37,561 nucleotides of DNA from Enterococcus phage AE4_2: the sequence record MT747435.1, one strand, 5' to 3'. The position numbers and the translations under genes are program-made. Of this stretch, positions 26,591 to 35,859 are shown piece after piece. The notes beneath the pieces were generated by a model, which did no database searches, was not told the DNA's origin, and worked only from the letters and a program-made list of their open reading frames with translations. Numbering within the stretch: the first letter of the stretch is position 1; each line of letters opens with the position of its first letter.

Positions 26591-27536
26591 AACAGGTTAT
26601 ACAAAAACAACCGCAGACAATTTTGTCATTGATTCTGCGACAGTATTTACCGATTTTAAATACGATAAAGAGAAAGAGGAGTTTACCGGTATTCCCATGG
26701 GGGCAACTTCTGGTGGTGTAGAAATCAAAACAGAACTTTCTTACCGTAAAGTGGAAGTAGACGGTGCTTATATTATGGACGTAGTAGGTTTGAATGTGCT
26801 TGAATCAGCCACAGCTACGATGAAAGCCAACTTGATTGAATTAACAGCAGAAAATTTACGCCGATCATTAAATGCTACGATGACAGATGCTACTACAGAT
26901 GAAGCACCTGCTGGTTATAAAATTATTAAACCTAAACGCTATTTAGAAGAAGGGGACTATATCCCTAACATGGCCGTTGTGGGTATTCATAATGGAACGA
27001 AACAGCCTATCATCGTTGCGTTAGATAACGGATTGGTGAAAAGCGGACTTGAAATTAAAACAGAGGATGGCAAAGAGGTAGTAATTGAACAGGAAATCAC
27101 AGCTAATGCTTCTTATGAACAGCTAATAAATGATGAATTCCCATTCCGCATTTATTACCCTGGGACTTCAAATAATCCTGTACCCGTACGTCCCGAAGTC
27201 CCTAAAAACGTGCAGGCAACTGTTGAAGAAGACGGGGCTATTTCAGTATCATGGGCAAGTGATGGGTCAACTAGTTATGTCATTCATTATAGCGGTGCTA
27301 ATCAATCGGAACCTAGCCAAGCTACTATGATGGGCTACAGTGAAACAAACAACTGGAAGCTGCTAAAGGCAAATATACCTAGCTCTAAGCCGAACGATCA
27401 AATTTTTCTATATGTTCAGGGCTTTAGCGAAGTGGGACAAGGTTCAAATGATATAGAAAAAGCAGCCTATTTAAATGAACACAGCTTCGGTTCCGAGTGG
27501 AGTACGGCTGTTTCTGTGACAATCCCAGCAAAGTAA
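26577..27536 (+). CDS. Major tail protein with in-frame C-terminal Fn3-like domain
   Basis: The C-terminal approximately 100 aa (PVPVRPEVPKNVQATVEEDGAISVSWASDGSTSYVIHYSG...) look like a fibronectin type III repeat. Followed by a terminator. Confidence 0.7.
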   Translation: MALPKTGYTKTTADNFVIDSATVFTDFKYDKEKEEFTGIPMGATSGGVEIKTELSYRKVEVDGAYIMDVVGLNVLESATATMKANLIELTAENLRRSLNATMTDATTDEAPAGYKIIKPKRYLEEGDYIPNMAVVGIHNGTKQPIIVALDNGLVKSGLEIKTEDGKEVVIEQEITANASYEQLINDEFPFRIYYPGTSNNPVPVRPEVPKNVQATVEEDGAISVSWASDGSTSYVIHYSGANQSEPSQATMMGYSETNNWKLLKANIPSSKPNDQIFLYVQGFSEVGQGSNDIEKAAYLNEHSFGSEWSTAVSVTIPAK

Positions 27537-27547
27537 AAAATACTAAT

Positions 27548-27576
27548 AAAGGGCGGCTCGATAGTCGTCCTTTTTA
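27548..27576 (+). terminator. Rho-independent terminator/attenuator after the major tail gene (GGGCGGCT-CGAT-AGTCGTCC + TTTTT)
   Basis: 8-bp stem with two G-U pairs, then a U5 tract. Confidence 0.55.
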
Positions 27577-27593
27577 CATGGAGGAATAATAAA

Positions 27594-28034
27594 ATGACTT
27601 TAGAAATGCGTGAATTAAAAGGTGATGACTTATTTACATTACTAACCATTGTCGGAAAACTTGATGTAAAAGATGAGTTTATCAATTTATTTGAAAAAAA
27701 TATCGAATCTGCTGAAAAGGTAGAGCTGTTTGATCATAAAACGAAAGAGCCGACAAAAGCAGAACAGAAAAAAATTGATGCAGCCAAAGAAAAAGCTGAC
27801 AAAGAAGCTACTAAGCGTGGCATTGAAATGGGCGCAGCGATGTTGCAAAAAGTCATGCTTAACTTAAAAGATATTAAGAGTGATATAAATGGACTTTTAG
27901 CAGAGTTAACAGGCGCCTCCGTACAAGAAATTTCAGCTCTTGGATTAAAGGAGTATACGACTTTATTAGTCGATTTCTTTAAGAAACCAGAACTAGCTGA
28001 TTTTTTCTCTTCTATCGCCAGCTTATTGAAATAA
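27594..28034 (+). CDS. Tail assembly chaperone (gpG-like)
   Basis: Acidic 146-aa protein directly upstream of the tape measure gene. RBS GGAGGAA. Confidence 0.7.
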   Translation: MTLEMRELKGDDLFTLLTIVGKLDVKDEFINLFEKNIESAEKVELFDHKTKEPTKAEQKKIDAAKEKADKEATKRGIEMGAAMLQKVMLNLKDIKSDINGLLAELTGASVQEISALGLKEYTTLLVDFFKKPELADFFSSIASLLK

Positions 28035-28348
28035 AAGACGGCGAACACCGAATTAAAGATTTGTTGTTCAAAAGGTACGGAGATCCGATATCGTTACTTC
28101 GTACCTATCGTTTGTGTGACTTAATGGAATTTATTTTTTATGTTCAAGAAGTGGAACAAGAAGAAAAAATCTACAATCAGTGGTTGCACACACAGATGAC
28201 GCAGTCTTTACAAGAATTTAAAGAACAACAAAAATACAGACCTTTACGTAAAAATAAAGCGAAATCTATCACAAAAGAAGAACAACAAAAAGCATTAGAT
28301 TTTGCTAGTCAATTTGTTAAACCTCGAAAAGAAGGTGAGGTGTCTTAA
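27594..28348 (+). CDS. Tail assembly chaperone GT-like fusion via -1 frameshift at T_TTT_TTC
   Basis: The -1 frame is open from 28001 (just after TGA 27998-28000) to 28348. Heptamer T TTT TTC at 28001-28007 is in register with zero-frame codons TTT TTC. Confidence 0.7.
28001..28007 (+). other. Slippery heptamer T_TTT_TTC for the G/GT frameshift
   Basis: Read directly; zero-frame codons are GAT TTT TTC TCT. Confidence 0.7.
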
Positions 28349-31300
28349 TGGGCGAAATTTTCAAGCTTTTTGGTACAATCGGTGTCGATAATGGTGAAGC
28401 CAATAAGGCTTTGGACGAGACGGAATCTAAGGGACAATCAACAACAAGTAAATTAGTGGGGTTCTTTAAAAAAGCAGCGCTAGCAATTGGTGCTGCTTTT
28501 GCCGTAGAAAAAATCGTTAATTTTGGGAAGCTAAGCGTAGAAGCCGCGGCAAGTGCACAAGCTTTGAATGCACAATTTACCCAGGTTTTTGGTAAGTTAG
28601 AACCGTTAGCACAAAAAATGGTAGATGGCATGGGTAAAAAAATGAATATCCTACCTAACCGTATAAAGCCGACATTTTCTCGAATTACTTCAATGTTTAA
28701 AGGTTTAGGGCTAGATACAGAAGCCGCAATGAAGAAATCAGAGCAAGCAACTACCTTAGCGGCAGATGCTGCAGCTTTCTATGATGTTTCACTGGAAGAT
28801 GCTTCAAGTTCTCTTACTTCGTTTCTAAAAGGAAACTACGAAGCTGGTGAAGCGATAGGGATTTTTGCAAATGATACTCAAATGGCGCAGTTTGCTATTT
28901 CTCAGGGAGTAGTAGGTTCTACAAAAGATTGGCAAAATTTAGATGAAGCGACGAAACAAGCTACTCGTTTAGATTATGCTAGCAACATGCTTAAACAAGC
29001 CGGAGCTGTAGGACAGGCTGCTCGCGAAGCCGACGGATATGAAAACGTTATGGGTAACTTAAAACAAGCGTGGCAGGACTTTTTAGCAAAAATAGGCACC
29101 CCTATTTTAGGAACGGTCGTTTCGATTATTCAAAGCATTACGAAAGGCTTAAGTGGCTTAGGTGATAAGGTAGCTGCAGTTATACCAGACTTTGGGGGAT
29201 TCCAAAAATCGGCTATGGATGCATTTAACAGCATTCAAAATTCAGGTTTTGTGATGAATCTTCAGTGGGCTTTTAAGTGGATTAGTGATGCTATAAAAAA
29301 TGTAGCTCAGATTGTACAAAAAGAACTGCCTGAAATAAAAGGGATTTTTGAGGATACGGGCAGTCAAGTGTCTATGATATTTACGAAATTGGCAGGAGTA
29401 TTTAGTACATGGTCAATTACTTTTGCCGATATTTTCACAGCTGTAGTACCTAAAGCGATAGAAATTTTTAAATCTGCATTTAAAACAATAAATACAGTAG
29501 TATTACCTGCGATTGAAAAAATCGTAGAGGTGATTTGGGACATATCAGGAGCTGTGAGTGAGGTTATTGTAAATAATGTCATCCCTGCTTTTTCTAATTT
29601 TACAAAGGCTATAACTAAAAATAAAGCTATTTTTAGTTCTTTAAAAGCTATTATAGTTGGAGTAGGAGCCGCTTTAGCAACCTATAAAATTATCATGAAA
29701 GGTGTATCAACAGCTACTAAAATAGCTTCAGGTGTCACAAAAGCCTATACCGCAATTCAAACAGCTTTTAACGCAGTGTTAAACGCCAACCCTTTTGTGT
29801 TGATTATTTCGGCAATCGTGGGGTTAGTAGCGGCGTTAATTTATTTTTTCACCCAAACTGAAACAGGACAAAAGATTTGGAAATCTTTTACTAAGTTTCT
29901 AGTTGATACATGGAACTCCGTTAAAGATAAAGCAGTAGAGATATTTAATGGTATAGCCGATTTTATAAAAAATACGTGGGATTCAATCGTTAAAACAGCT
30001 AGTGGGTTAAAAGATAGCTTAGTAAAAACGTGGAATGATATTACCGCTAAAGTCTCAGAAATTTGGAAGAAATTCACGGATGCTGGCAAGAAAACATTTG
30101 ATGGTTTCAAAAAAACAGTAGAAAACGTTTTTAACGGCATTAAGAATTTTCTACAAACAGTGTGGAATGTAATATACGCTGTAGTAGGGGCGATAATCGT
30201 TAATACAATTAATATCTGGAAAGGTATTTTTGATGGTTTTAAAGCGTATTTTCAATATCTATGGGATCTCATAAAAGCAATTGCTACCGGTGTATGGGAA
30301 AAAATAGGTGATACCGTCACAGGAATAATTAACGGTTTCATTGGAGTTATTAAGGGTATTTTTGATGCGTTTAAAACTTTCTTTCAACAGATATGGGATG
30401 CTGTCGTTTACTCTGTAACAATCGCTTGGAACGGAATTAAAAATACAGTTACTTCAGTTTCTACGGCTATTAAAAATTTTGTCACTCCTATATTTAATGC
30501 TATTAAAACGACGATTACTAATGTCTTTAACGCAATTAAAAACACAGCAACTAACGTTTGGAATGCTATTAAAACAACAATCTCTAATACTGTGCAGGCT
30601 ATCCTTAACTTTGTTACACCGATATTTAATACTATGAAAAACACGATAACAAATATTTTTAATGCCATTAGAAACACGGCTTCTAGTGTATGGAATAGTA
30701 TTAAAACGACTATTTCCAATATCGTTACTTCTGTTAAAAACACAGTGATAAATATTTTTAATGCTTTAAAAAATTCAATTACAAACATTTTTAACGCAAT
30801 TAGAAATACAGCATCTACGGTGTGGAATAGTATTAAATCGACCGTGTCTAATATCGTTAGTGCAACGGTGAACACCGTTAAGAATTTATTTAATGGTATG
30901 AAAAATACCGTTTCATCTATTTGGGATGGTGTAAGAAATACTATTAGTAATGTAGTTAACGCAGTGAAAAATACTATTTCAAATGTATGGGGTGGTATTA
31001 CAGGAACCGTCTCTAATATCTTTAATGGTGTAAAAAATGCTATTGATGGGCCAATGAATGCGGCTAAAAATCTAGTGAAAAATGTAGTAGATGCGATTAA
31101 AGGTTTCTTTAACTTTAATATTAGCTGGCCGAAAATTCCGCTGCCTCACTTTTCTATTAGTCCGGCTGGTTGGTCTGCGGGCGATTTACTGAAAGGTAAA
31201 ATACCAAGTTTAGGCATAGAATGGTACAAAGACGGAGGTATCATGACGCAACCTACCATATTTGGCATGAATGGAAATAACGCAATGATAGGTGGAGAAG

Positions 31301-31497
31301 CTGGCGCAGAGGCTGTCGCACCGATTGACACGCTGTTAGGATATGTTGAAACTGCAGTGAGAGGTGTAATGGCTGAACAAAAAGACGGAGATATCAATGT
31401 TACACAATATATTACAAGTCCCGAGCCTTTAACGCCTAGAGAAATTGCAAGAGAAACAAAATACAAGTTGCAAGACCTTGCAACATTGAGAAGATAA
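28348..31497 (+). CDS. Tail tape measure protein
   Basis: 1049-aa protein after G/GT, with TM-like segments in the middle and extensive 11-aa repeats. Confidence 0.9.
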   Translation: MGEIFKLFGTIGVDNGEANKALDETESKGQSTTSKLVGFFKKAALAIGAAFAVEKIVNFGKLSVEAAASAQALNAQFTQVFGKLEPLAQKMVDGMGKKMNILPNRIKPTFSRITSMFKGLGLDTEAAMKKSEQATTLAADAAAFYDVSLEDASSSLTSFLKGNYEAGEAIGIFANDTQMAQFAISQGVVGSTKDWQNLDEATKQATRLDYASNMLKQAGAVGQAAREADGYENVMGNLKQAWQDFLAKIGTPILGTVVSIIQSITKGLSGLGDKVAAVIPDFGGFQKSAMDAFNSIQNSGFVMNLQWAFKWISDAIKNVAQIVQKELPEIKGIFEDTGSQVSMIFTKLAGVFSTWSITFADIFTAVVPKAIEIFKSAFKTINTVVLPAIEKIVEVIWDISGAVSEVIVNNVIPAFSNFTKAITKNKAIFSSLKAIIVGVGAALATYKIIMKGVSTATKIASGVTKAYTAIQTAFNAVLNANPFVLIISAIVGLVAALIYFFTQTETGQKIWKSFTKFLVDTWNSVKDKAVEIFNGIADFIKNTWDSIVKTASGLKDSLVKTWNDITAKVSEIWKKFTDAGKKTFDGFKKTVENVFNGIKNFLQTVWNVIYAVVGAIIVNTINIWKGIFDGFKAYFQYLWDLIKAIATGVWEKIGDTVTGIINGFIGVIKGIFDAFKTFFQQIWDAVVYSVTIAWNGIKNTVTSVSTAIKNFVTPIFNAIKTTITNVFNAIKNTATNVWNAIKTTISNTVQAILNFVTPIFNTMKNTITNIFNAIRNTASSVWNSIKTTISNIVTSVKNTVINIFNALKNSITNIFNAIRNTASTVWNSIKSTVSNIVSATVNTVKNLFNGMKNTVSSIWDGVRNTISNVVNAVKNTISNVWGGITGTVSNIFNGVKNAIDGPMNAAKNLVKNVVDAIKGFFNFNISWPKIPLPHFSISPAGWSAGDLLKGKIPSLGIEWYKDGGIMTQPTIFGMNGNNAMIGGEAGAEAVAPIDTLLGYVETAVRGVMAEQKDGDINVTQYITSPEPLTPREIARETKYKLQDLATLRR
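30420..31050 (+). repeat. About 20 tandem 33-bp / 11-aa repeats inside the tape measure gene (consensus approximately [IV][FW]N[AS][IV]KNT[IA][ST]N)
   Basis: Read directly from the translation: IFNAIKTTITN / VFNAIKNTATN / VWNAIKTTISN / IFNTMKNTITN / IFNAIRNTASS / VWNSIKTTISN, and so on. Confidence 0.85.
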
Positions 31498-31510
31498 GGA
31501 GGTAGGATGG

Positions 31511-32386
31511 ATGTATGAACTTATATACAAGAACTCGGAAGGTTCTTTGATTAGTTTCGGTGTTCAACCACCTTTTACCGTTAAAAGTAAAACAGGCTTC
31601 GGAGCTGTTGAAAATAAGATCATAACAGAAGAACAATATGGGCTAGATGGTGTTATTAAAGTTTCGGAGCGTTTAGATAAGCGTGATTTAACGATAAAAG
31701 GTGAAATAATTGCTAAAGGAACAGAAGACCTATTCAATTTACAGCATGAAATGATAAAAACGTTAAATCCCAAAACACCAGGTACGTTGATTTACAGAGT
31801 ATTTGATCATGAGTTTCAAATTGATGTGTTAGTAGTAAAAGCTCCTGACCTGCCAGATCCAGCTAAAAATATTACACAGGCTTTTACGTGTACCTTTCTA
31901 GCTTTAGATCCGTATTGGTCTGATATGAGTAAATATAATACGTTAATTCCCCTAGCCGTTGCCACAAAAAAACACATGTGGCCGTTAGAAATAACGAAAG
32001 GGTATGAGTTTGCTACACTAAAAAGTGGTGAGATTGTTCCTGTAACCAATGATGGTGATGTATCAGTGGGAGGCACGTTCTATTTTTCTTTAGGTGCAGA
32101 AGCTACCGATCCAGAAGTGTATAACGTAATTACTCAGGAATTTTTCCGATTTAAAGGTTCATTTGAAGCAGGTACTAAGTTTAAACTGGTAACTACTCGT
32201 GGACAGAAAGAAGCAATCATGACGGACCCAAACGGTGTTGAATCTAACGCTATGCCATTGCGAGACCCTAATTCTACCTTTCTGCAGCTTGAAAAGGGTG
32301 ATAACTATTTTCAGGTGAAAGCCACTACTGGTATTGGTAACGTAATTGTACAACTTGACTTCCAGCCGTTGGTAGGTGGTGTGTAA
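31511..32386 (+). CDS. Distal tail protein (Dit-like)
   Basis: Position immediately after the tape measure gene. RBS AAGGAGGTAGG. Confidence 0.65.
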   Translation: MYELIYKNSEGSLISFGVQPPFTVKSKTGFGAVENKIITEEQYGLDGVIKVSERLDKRDLTIKGEIIAKGTEDLFNLQHEMIKTLNPKTPGTLIYRVFDHEFQIDVLVVKAPDLPDPAKNITQAFTCTFLALDPYWSDMSKYNTLIPLAVATKKHMWPLEITKGYEFATLKSGEIVPVTNDGDVSVGGTFYFSLGAEATDPEVYNVITQEFFRFKGSFEAGTKFKLVTTRGQKEAIMTDPNGVESNAMPLRDPNSTFLQLEKGDNYFQVKATTGIGNVIVQLDFQPLVGGV

Positions 32387-33471
32387 TGGAGTTAGAAATT
32401 TTTACTCAGGATCGAGATAATCAATGGAAATTTATTTCCGAAAAAGTATTTGATGGGTTTAAAAGTTTAACTGTTAAATTAAATTACTATACCTATTCAA
32501 CGTTTGAGCTGTTTGTTGGTTTGACACCTGAAAATATACAAATATTTGTTCCAGACACTGTTATTTATATGGAAGGGCTCTATTTCTATGTTGATGCCGT
32601 AGTTGTAGACGATCAGGCAACAGCACAAATAAAGGTGTCGGGGAAATCACTTCTTGGGAAATCATTAGATCGTATTGTTTACCGAACTTATAATAAAACG
32701 GCACCGCCAGAGCAAATTGTTTGGGAACATCTTAATAATGAAGTAGTAAACCCTTCGGATGTAAAAAGAAAAATTCAATATTTAAAATTGGATTCCCGAG
32801 CTAATTTAGGGAATAAGTCTATCCAGTATCAGAATAGTTATGGTGTCGTAGCCGAAGAAGTGGAAACTCTTTGTACATCTTACGATTTTGGGATAAGAGA
32901 GATAGCTACTAAATTAGGCGTTCCTGGTAATACGTTATCTATTTTTAAAGGTCGAGATGTTTCGAGAACGATTGAGTTTTCAGACGAATACGAAAATCTA
33001 ACAAAAGCGGGGTATCAGAACAATAACTTTGATGAATCTTCAACCGCTATTGTTTTCGGTGAAGGTGAAGGCTCGGAACGTAAAAGTGTAGTGGTGGGTA
33101 ACGAGAAAACAGGTCTACAAAGAAAAGAGTTATACGTAGATGCTCGAGACTTGCAAAAGACAACTGACGAGGTCACTTTGACAGATTCACAATACCTCGA
33201 AGTCTTGAAAAATAGAGGGAATAACAAACTTTCAGAACGTAAACGAATTTTGACACTGAGTGGTGAGGTTCCCACAAGCTCTAAACTGTTTAAATTAGGT
33301 GAAGATTATCAATTAGGTGACACTATCACTATTAAATCAAATCTTTACAACTTGAAGAAAACATCAACAATTACAACCATCAAAAAGACCTATGATTCTA
33401 AGGGGCTTTTTATTGAACCGATTTTCGGGAAAGAAACACCTACCATTTTTGATGTTTTGGGCAGGGAATAG
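32386..33471 (+). CDS. Tail-associated protein (Tal-like N-terminal domain, short form)
   Basis: Position after Dit, ATGA-coupled. 361 aa. Confidence 0.55.
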   Translation: MELEIFTQDRDNQWKFISEKVFDGFKSLTVKLNYYTYSTFELFVGLTPENIQIFVPDTVIYMEGLYFYVDAVVVDDQATAQIKVSGKSLLGKSLDRIVYRTYNKTAPPEQIVWEHLNNEVVNPSDVKRKIQYLKLDSRANLGNKSIQYQNSYGVVAEEVETLCTSYDFGIREIATKLGVPGNTLSIFKGRDVSRTIEFSDEYENLTKAGYQNNNFDESSTAIVFGEGEGSERKSVVVGNEKTGLQRKELYVDARDLQKTTDEVTLTDSQYLEVLKNRGNNKLSERKRILTLSGEVPTSSKLFKLGEDYQLGDTITIKSNLYNLKKTSTITTIKKTYDSKGLFIEPIFGKETPTIFDVLGRE

Positions 33472-33481
33472 GAGGTAATAC

Positions 33482-34516
33482 ATGGAATGGAGTTATCCTT
33501 GGCTATCAATAGATGGCGACAGAATGTACGATGATAGCGACTTCTCGAAATTTTTCGAGGGTCTTTTTTCTTATGGCGTTTCGCTAACAACAGCTAACGC
33601 ATTAAAAGTTACTGCCAGTCCTAATGGTGGGATGAAAGTACAAGTAGATTCAGGCTATGCATTTGTCGGTAAAGTCTTCTTGAATAGTACTACAAAAGCT
33701 TTAAGTATTGATGTAGCAAGTAGTATGCAAGACAGGACGGATAGCATTGTGGTTCGCGTGGATAAAAGTGTGCGAGATGTATTTTTAGTAGTTAAAAAGA
33801 ACGATACGACAGTAACCCGTACATCAGACGTTTACGAGCTACAATTAGCCACAATAAGAGTACCCCGAAATGTATCTAGTATTACAGGCGATTTAATTAC
33901 AGACAAACGATCAGATACGAAAGTATGCGGGTATTCTTCGCCGTTTCAAAAGGTTAATGTTTCAGGGTTAGAAGAGCAATACGGTGCAATACTAAAAAAA
34001 ATTGCGGAAGCCAACAAGACGAGTTATGAAAAAATCCTAAATGATTTTAAAAACTATGTTGCAAAAGCGCAAACCGATATGGATTCTAATATTGAAGAAA
34101 TTATCCAATCAGGTAATGGAAAAGTAAATGCTTTTGATGTTTTAATTCACGAATGGTTTGCAGCTTTAAAAAATGAGTTAGATACAAATCAAGCATCAAA
34201 TTTACAGAACCAAATCAATGAAATGAAAGCCACGGAAGACCTGCCCGCTATTGAGCACAAATTACGTGGTTATCCTAATGTACAAGTTTTGTATTGGGAA
34301 TACGGTATTGGTCTATCAGGGCTAGCTAATGAACCTACGGGATTAGGCGGTAGCAATGTGAAAAAGATTCCTCACAGTGTAGAATATCTTGATTTATTCA
34401 GTTTCAAAGTTAAAGTGCCAATGAACTTTAAATTGGTAAATCCAACAGTAACAAAAATAGATAGTCGAACTATTCGCTTTATTGAAGCATTTAAAGTTAT
34501 AGAAATTAAATTTTAG
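33482..34516 (+). CDS. Tail/baseplate protein, candidate receptor-binding protein
   Basis: 344-aa protein in the distal tail region. RBS GGAGGTAA. Confidence 0.45.
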   Translation: MEWSYPWLSIDGDRMYDDSDFSKFFEGLFSYGVSLTTANALKVTASPNGGMKVQVDSGYAFVGKVFLNSTTKALSIDVASSMQDRTDSIVVRVDKSVRDVFLVVKKNDTTVTRTSDVYELQLATIRVPRNVSSITGDLITDKRSDTKVCGYSSPFQKVNVSGLEEQYGAILKKIAEANKTSYEKILNDFKNYVAKAQTDMDSNIEEIIQSGNGKVNAFDVLIHEWFAALKNELDTNQASNLQNQINEMKATEDLPAIEHKLRGYPNVQVLYWEYGIGLSGLANEPTGLGGSNVKKIPHSVEYLDLFSFKVKVPMNFKLVNPTVTKIDSRTIRFIEAFKVIEIKF

Positions 34517-34526
34517 GAGGAAAAGA

Positions 34527-35318
34527 ATGTATACATTTAAAAAAGGTGATGCAGACTACCAAGTCATGCTAAATGAAAATTTTAAAGAGATAACTGATTC
34601 TTTCGAAGATGGTTTATTTGTCAGAAAAAATTCTAAAATATTAGATTTAAACGATGCTATATTGCCAGGCATTTATTCAATCCCAGCTACAGGAGTTGAT
34701 AATAAACCTTTACCTAATTCTGGAAGTTTATTCGTTTGTAAAGACCCAGGAGGGGTTAGACAATTATTTCAGACAGAAAGAACAATATTTATTCGACAAT
34801 TAGGGGGAGTACCTTCATCTTGGACGGATTGGAAAAAAGTAGCTTTTGAAAAAGAACAACCTTTTGAAGCTTGGTATTCACCAGGAACTAATCATGCTGG
34901 ATTCAAAAATAAGGCAAGATATAATTTAGGGCCAGAATTTAGCAACATAGGCCAGCGACTTGGGTTGCCTATGAAAAGTGAACCGTTGGAGTGGAATAGT
35001 GGGCGATGGCAAGCAAAAGTTCTTAGAGACTGCAAGCTAAATATAAGCGGAACTGTAAAATACCAAGTTGGTAGTTCGAGAGGTGTTCTCTATGCTTATA
35101 CTCATATAGACAAAGGCCTTGATGAAGGCGTAGGTGACTTAGGTATTGGATCAGCAGTCGGAGCTGTTGGCGGCTTGAATTATCAAAATGTCGCAGCTTT
35201 TGATTTAAACGTTACACTAAAAAAAGGTGAGTATCTTGCGTTTCGCTTAGAATTAGCAGCAGATAAGCAACTTGATTATACTCAATTATCTTCTATGCAT
35301 ATCACAGAATTAGTATAG
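34527..35318 (+). CDS. Tail fiber / receptor-binding candidate (AT-rich, likely mosaic)
   Basis: 263-aa protein, the last structural gene before the lysis cassette. Visibly AT-richer than its neighbours. Followed by a strong terminator. Confidence 0.45.
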   Translation: MYTFKKGDADYQVMLNENFKEITDSFEDGLFVRKNSKILDLNDAILPGIYSIPATGVDNKPLPNSGSLFVCKDPGGVRQLFQTERTIFIRQLGGVPSSWTDWKKVAFEKEQPFEAWYSPGTNHAGFKNKARYNLGPEFSNIGQRLGLPMKSEPLEWNSGRWQAKVLRDCKLNISGTVKYQVGSSRGVLYAYTHIDKGLDEGVGDLGIGSAVGAVGGLNYQNVAAFDLNVTLKKGEYLAFRLELAADKQLDYTQLSSMHITELV

Positions 35319-35335
35319 AAACTGAATTTTAAAAT

Positions 35336-35373
35336 AAAAACCGTTTAGCAAAAAAGCTAAGCGGTTTTTATTT
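35336..35373 (+). terminator. Rho-independent terminator (CCGTTTAGC-AAAAAA-GCTAAGCGG + TTTTTATTT)
   Basis: 9-bp stem with one G-U pair, then a U-tract; read directly. Confidence 0.75.
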
Positions 35374-35393
35374 ATAGAGAGAAGGAACTTTAT

Positions 35394-35648
35394 GTGAAGG
35401 ATGAACTGATTCAAGATGTTGTAGAGCGTTTAGTGCGTATTGAGACAAAGCTCGATAACTACGAAGTGTTAAGAGAAAAGACAGAAGATGCTAAGGAAAA
35501 GGCTGATTATGCTTTCTCTATTGCTAAAAATAATGAAGAAGATATCAAAGAAATAAAGGAAAATCAGAAATGGTCTTGGCGGACAATTGCGGGCATAGGG
35601 GTGTCAGTAGTTGTCTATTTATTTACAAAATATTTAGGAGGTGTATAA
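35394..35648 (+). CDS. XhlA-like lysis-associated protein (coiled coil + C-terminal TM)
   Basis: GTG start. RLVRIETKLDNYEV coiled-coil N-terminus and the C-terminal TM segment WRTIAGIGVSVVVYLF are typical of the XhlA family. Confidence 0.55.
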   Translation: MKDELIQDVVERLVRIETKLDNYEVLREKTEDAKEKADYAFSIAKNNEEDIKEIKENQKWSWRTIAGIGVSVVVYLFTKYLGGV

Positions 35649-35650
35649 GA

Positions 35651-35857
35651 ATGATTCTACCAGATAAGTACTACAAAATTATCAAATGGGGCGTGCTAAC
35701 AGTGCTACCTGCAAGTTCTGTTTTGGTTGCCACACTAGGTAAAGCTTATGGATGGCAGCAAACAGATATGACTGTTTTAACTATTAATGCCATAGCAACT
35801 TTTTTAGGAGTGGTAACAGGAGTATCAGCATATAATTTAAAAGACAAGGAGAAATAA
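35651..35857 (+). CDS. Holin (about 68 aa, two TM segments)
   Basis: RBS TAGGAGGTG, then ATG at 35651. Two hydrophobic helices and a charged C-terminus (KDKEK). The track start at 35570 is an upstream out-of-context ATG. Confidence 0.7.
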   Translation: MILPDKYYKIIKWGVLTVLPASSVLVATLGKAYGWQQTDMTVLTINAIATFLGVVTGVSAYNLKDKEK

Positions 35858-35859
35858 AA

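Noticed and set aside
30408..30875. 155-aa minus-strand ORF (and others at 29364-29582 and 29841-30140) inside the tape measure gene
   Set aside because: They lie within the 33-bp tandem repeat, where periodic sequence suppresses stop codons on the opposite strand. Their translations are hydrophobic low-complexity (ILxxVxL-type) and have no RBS or start context. They are artefacts of the repeat.
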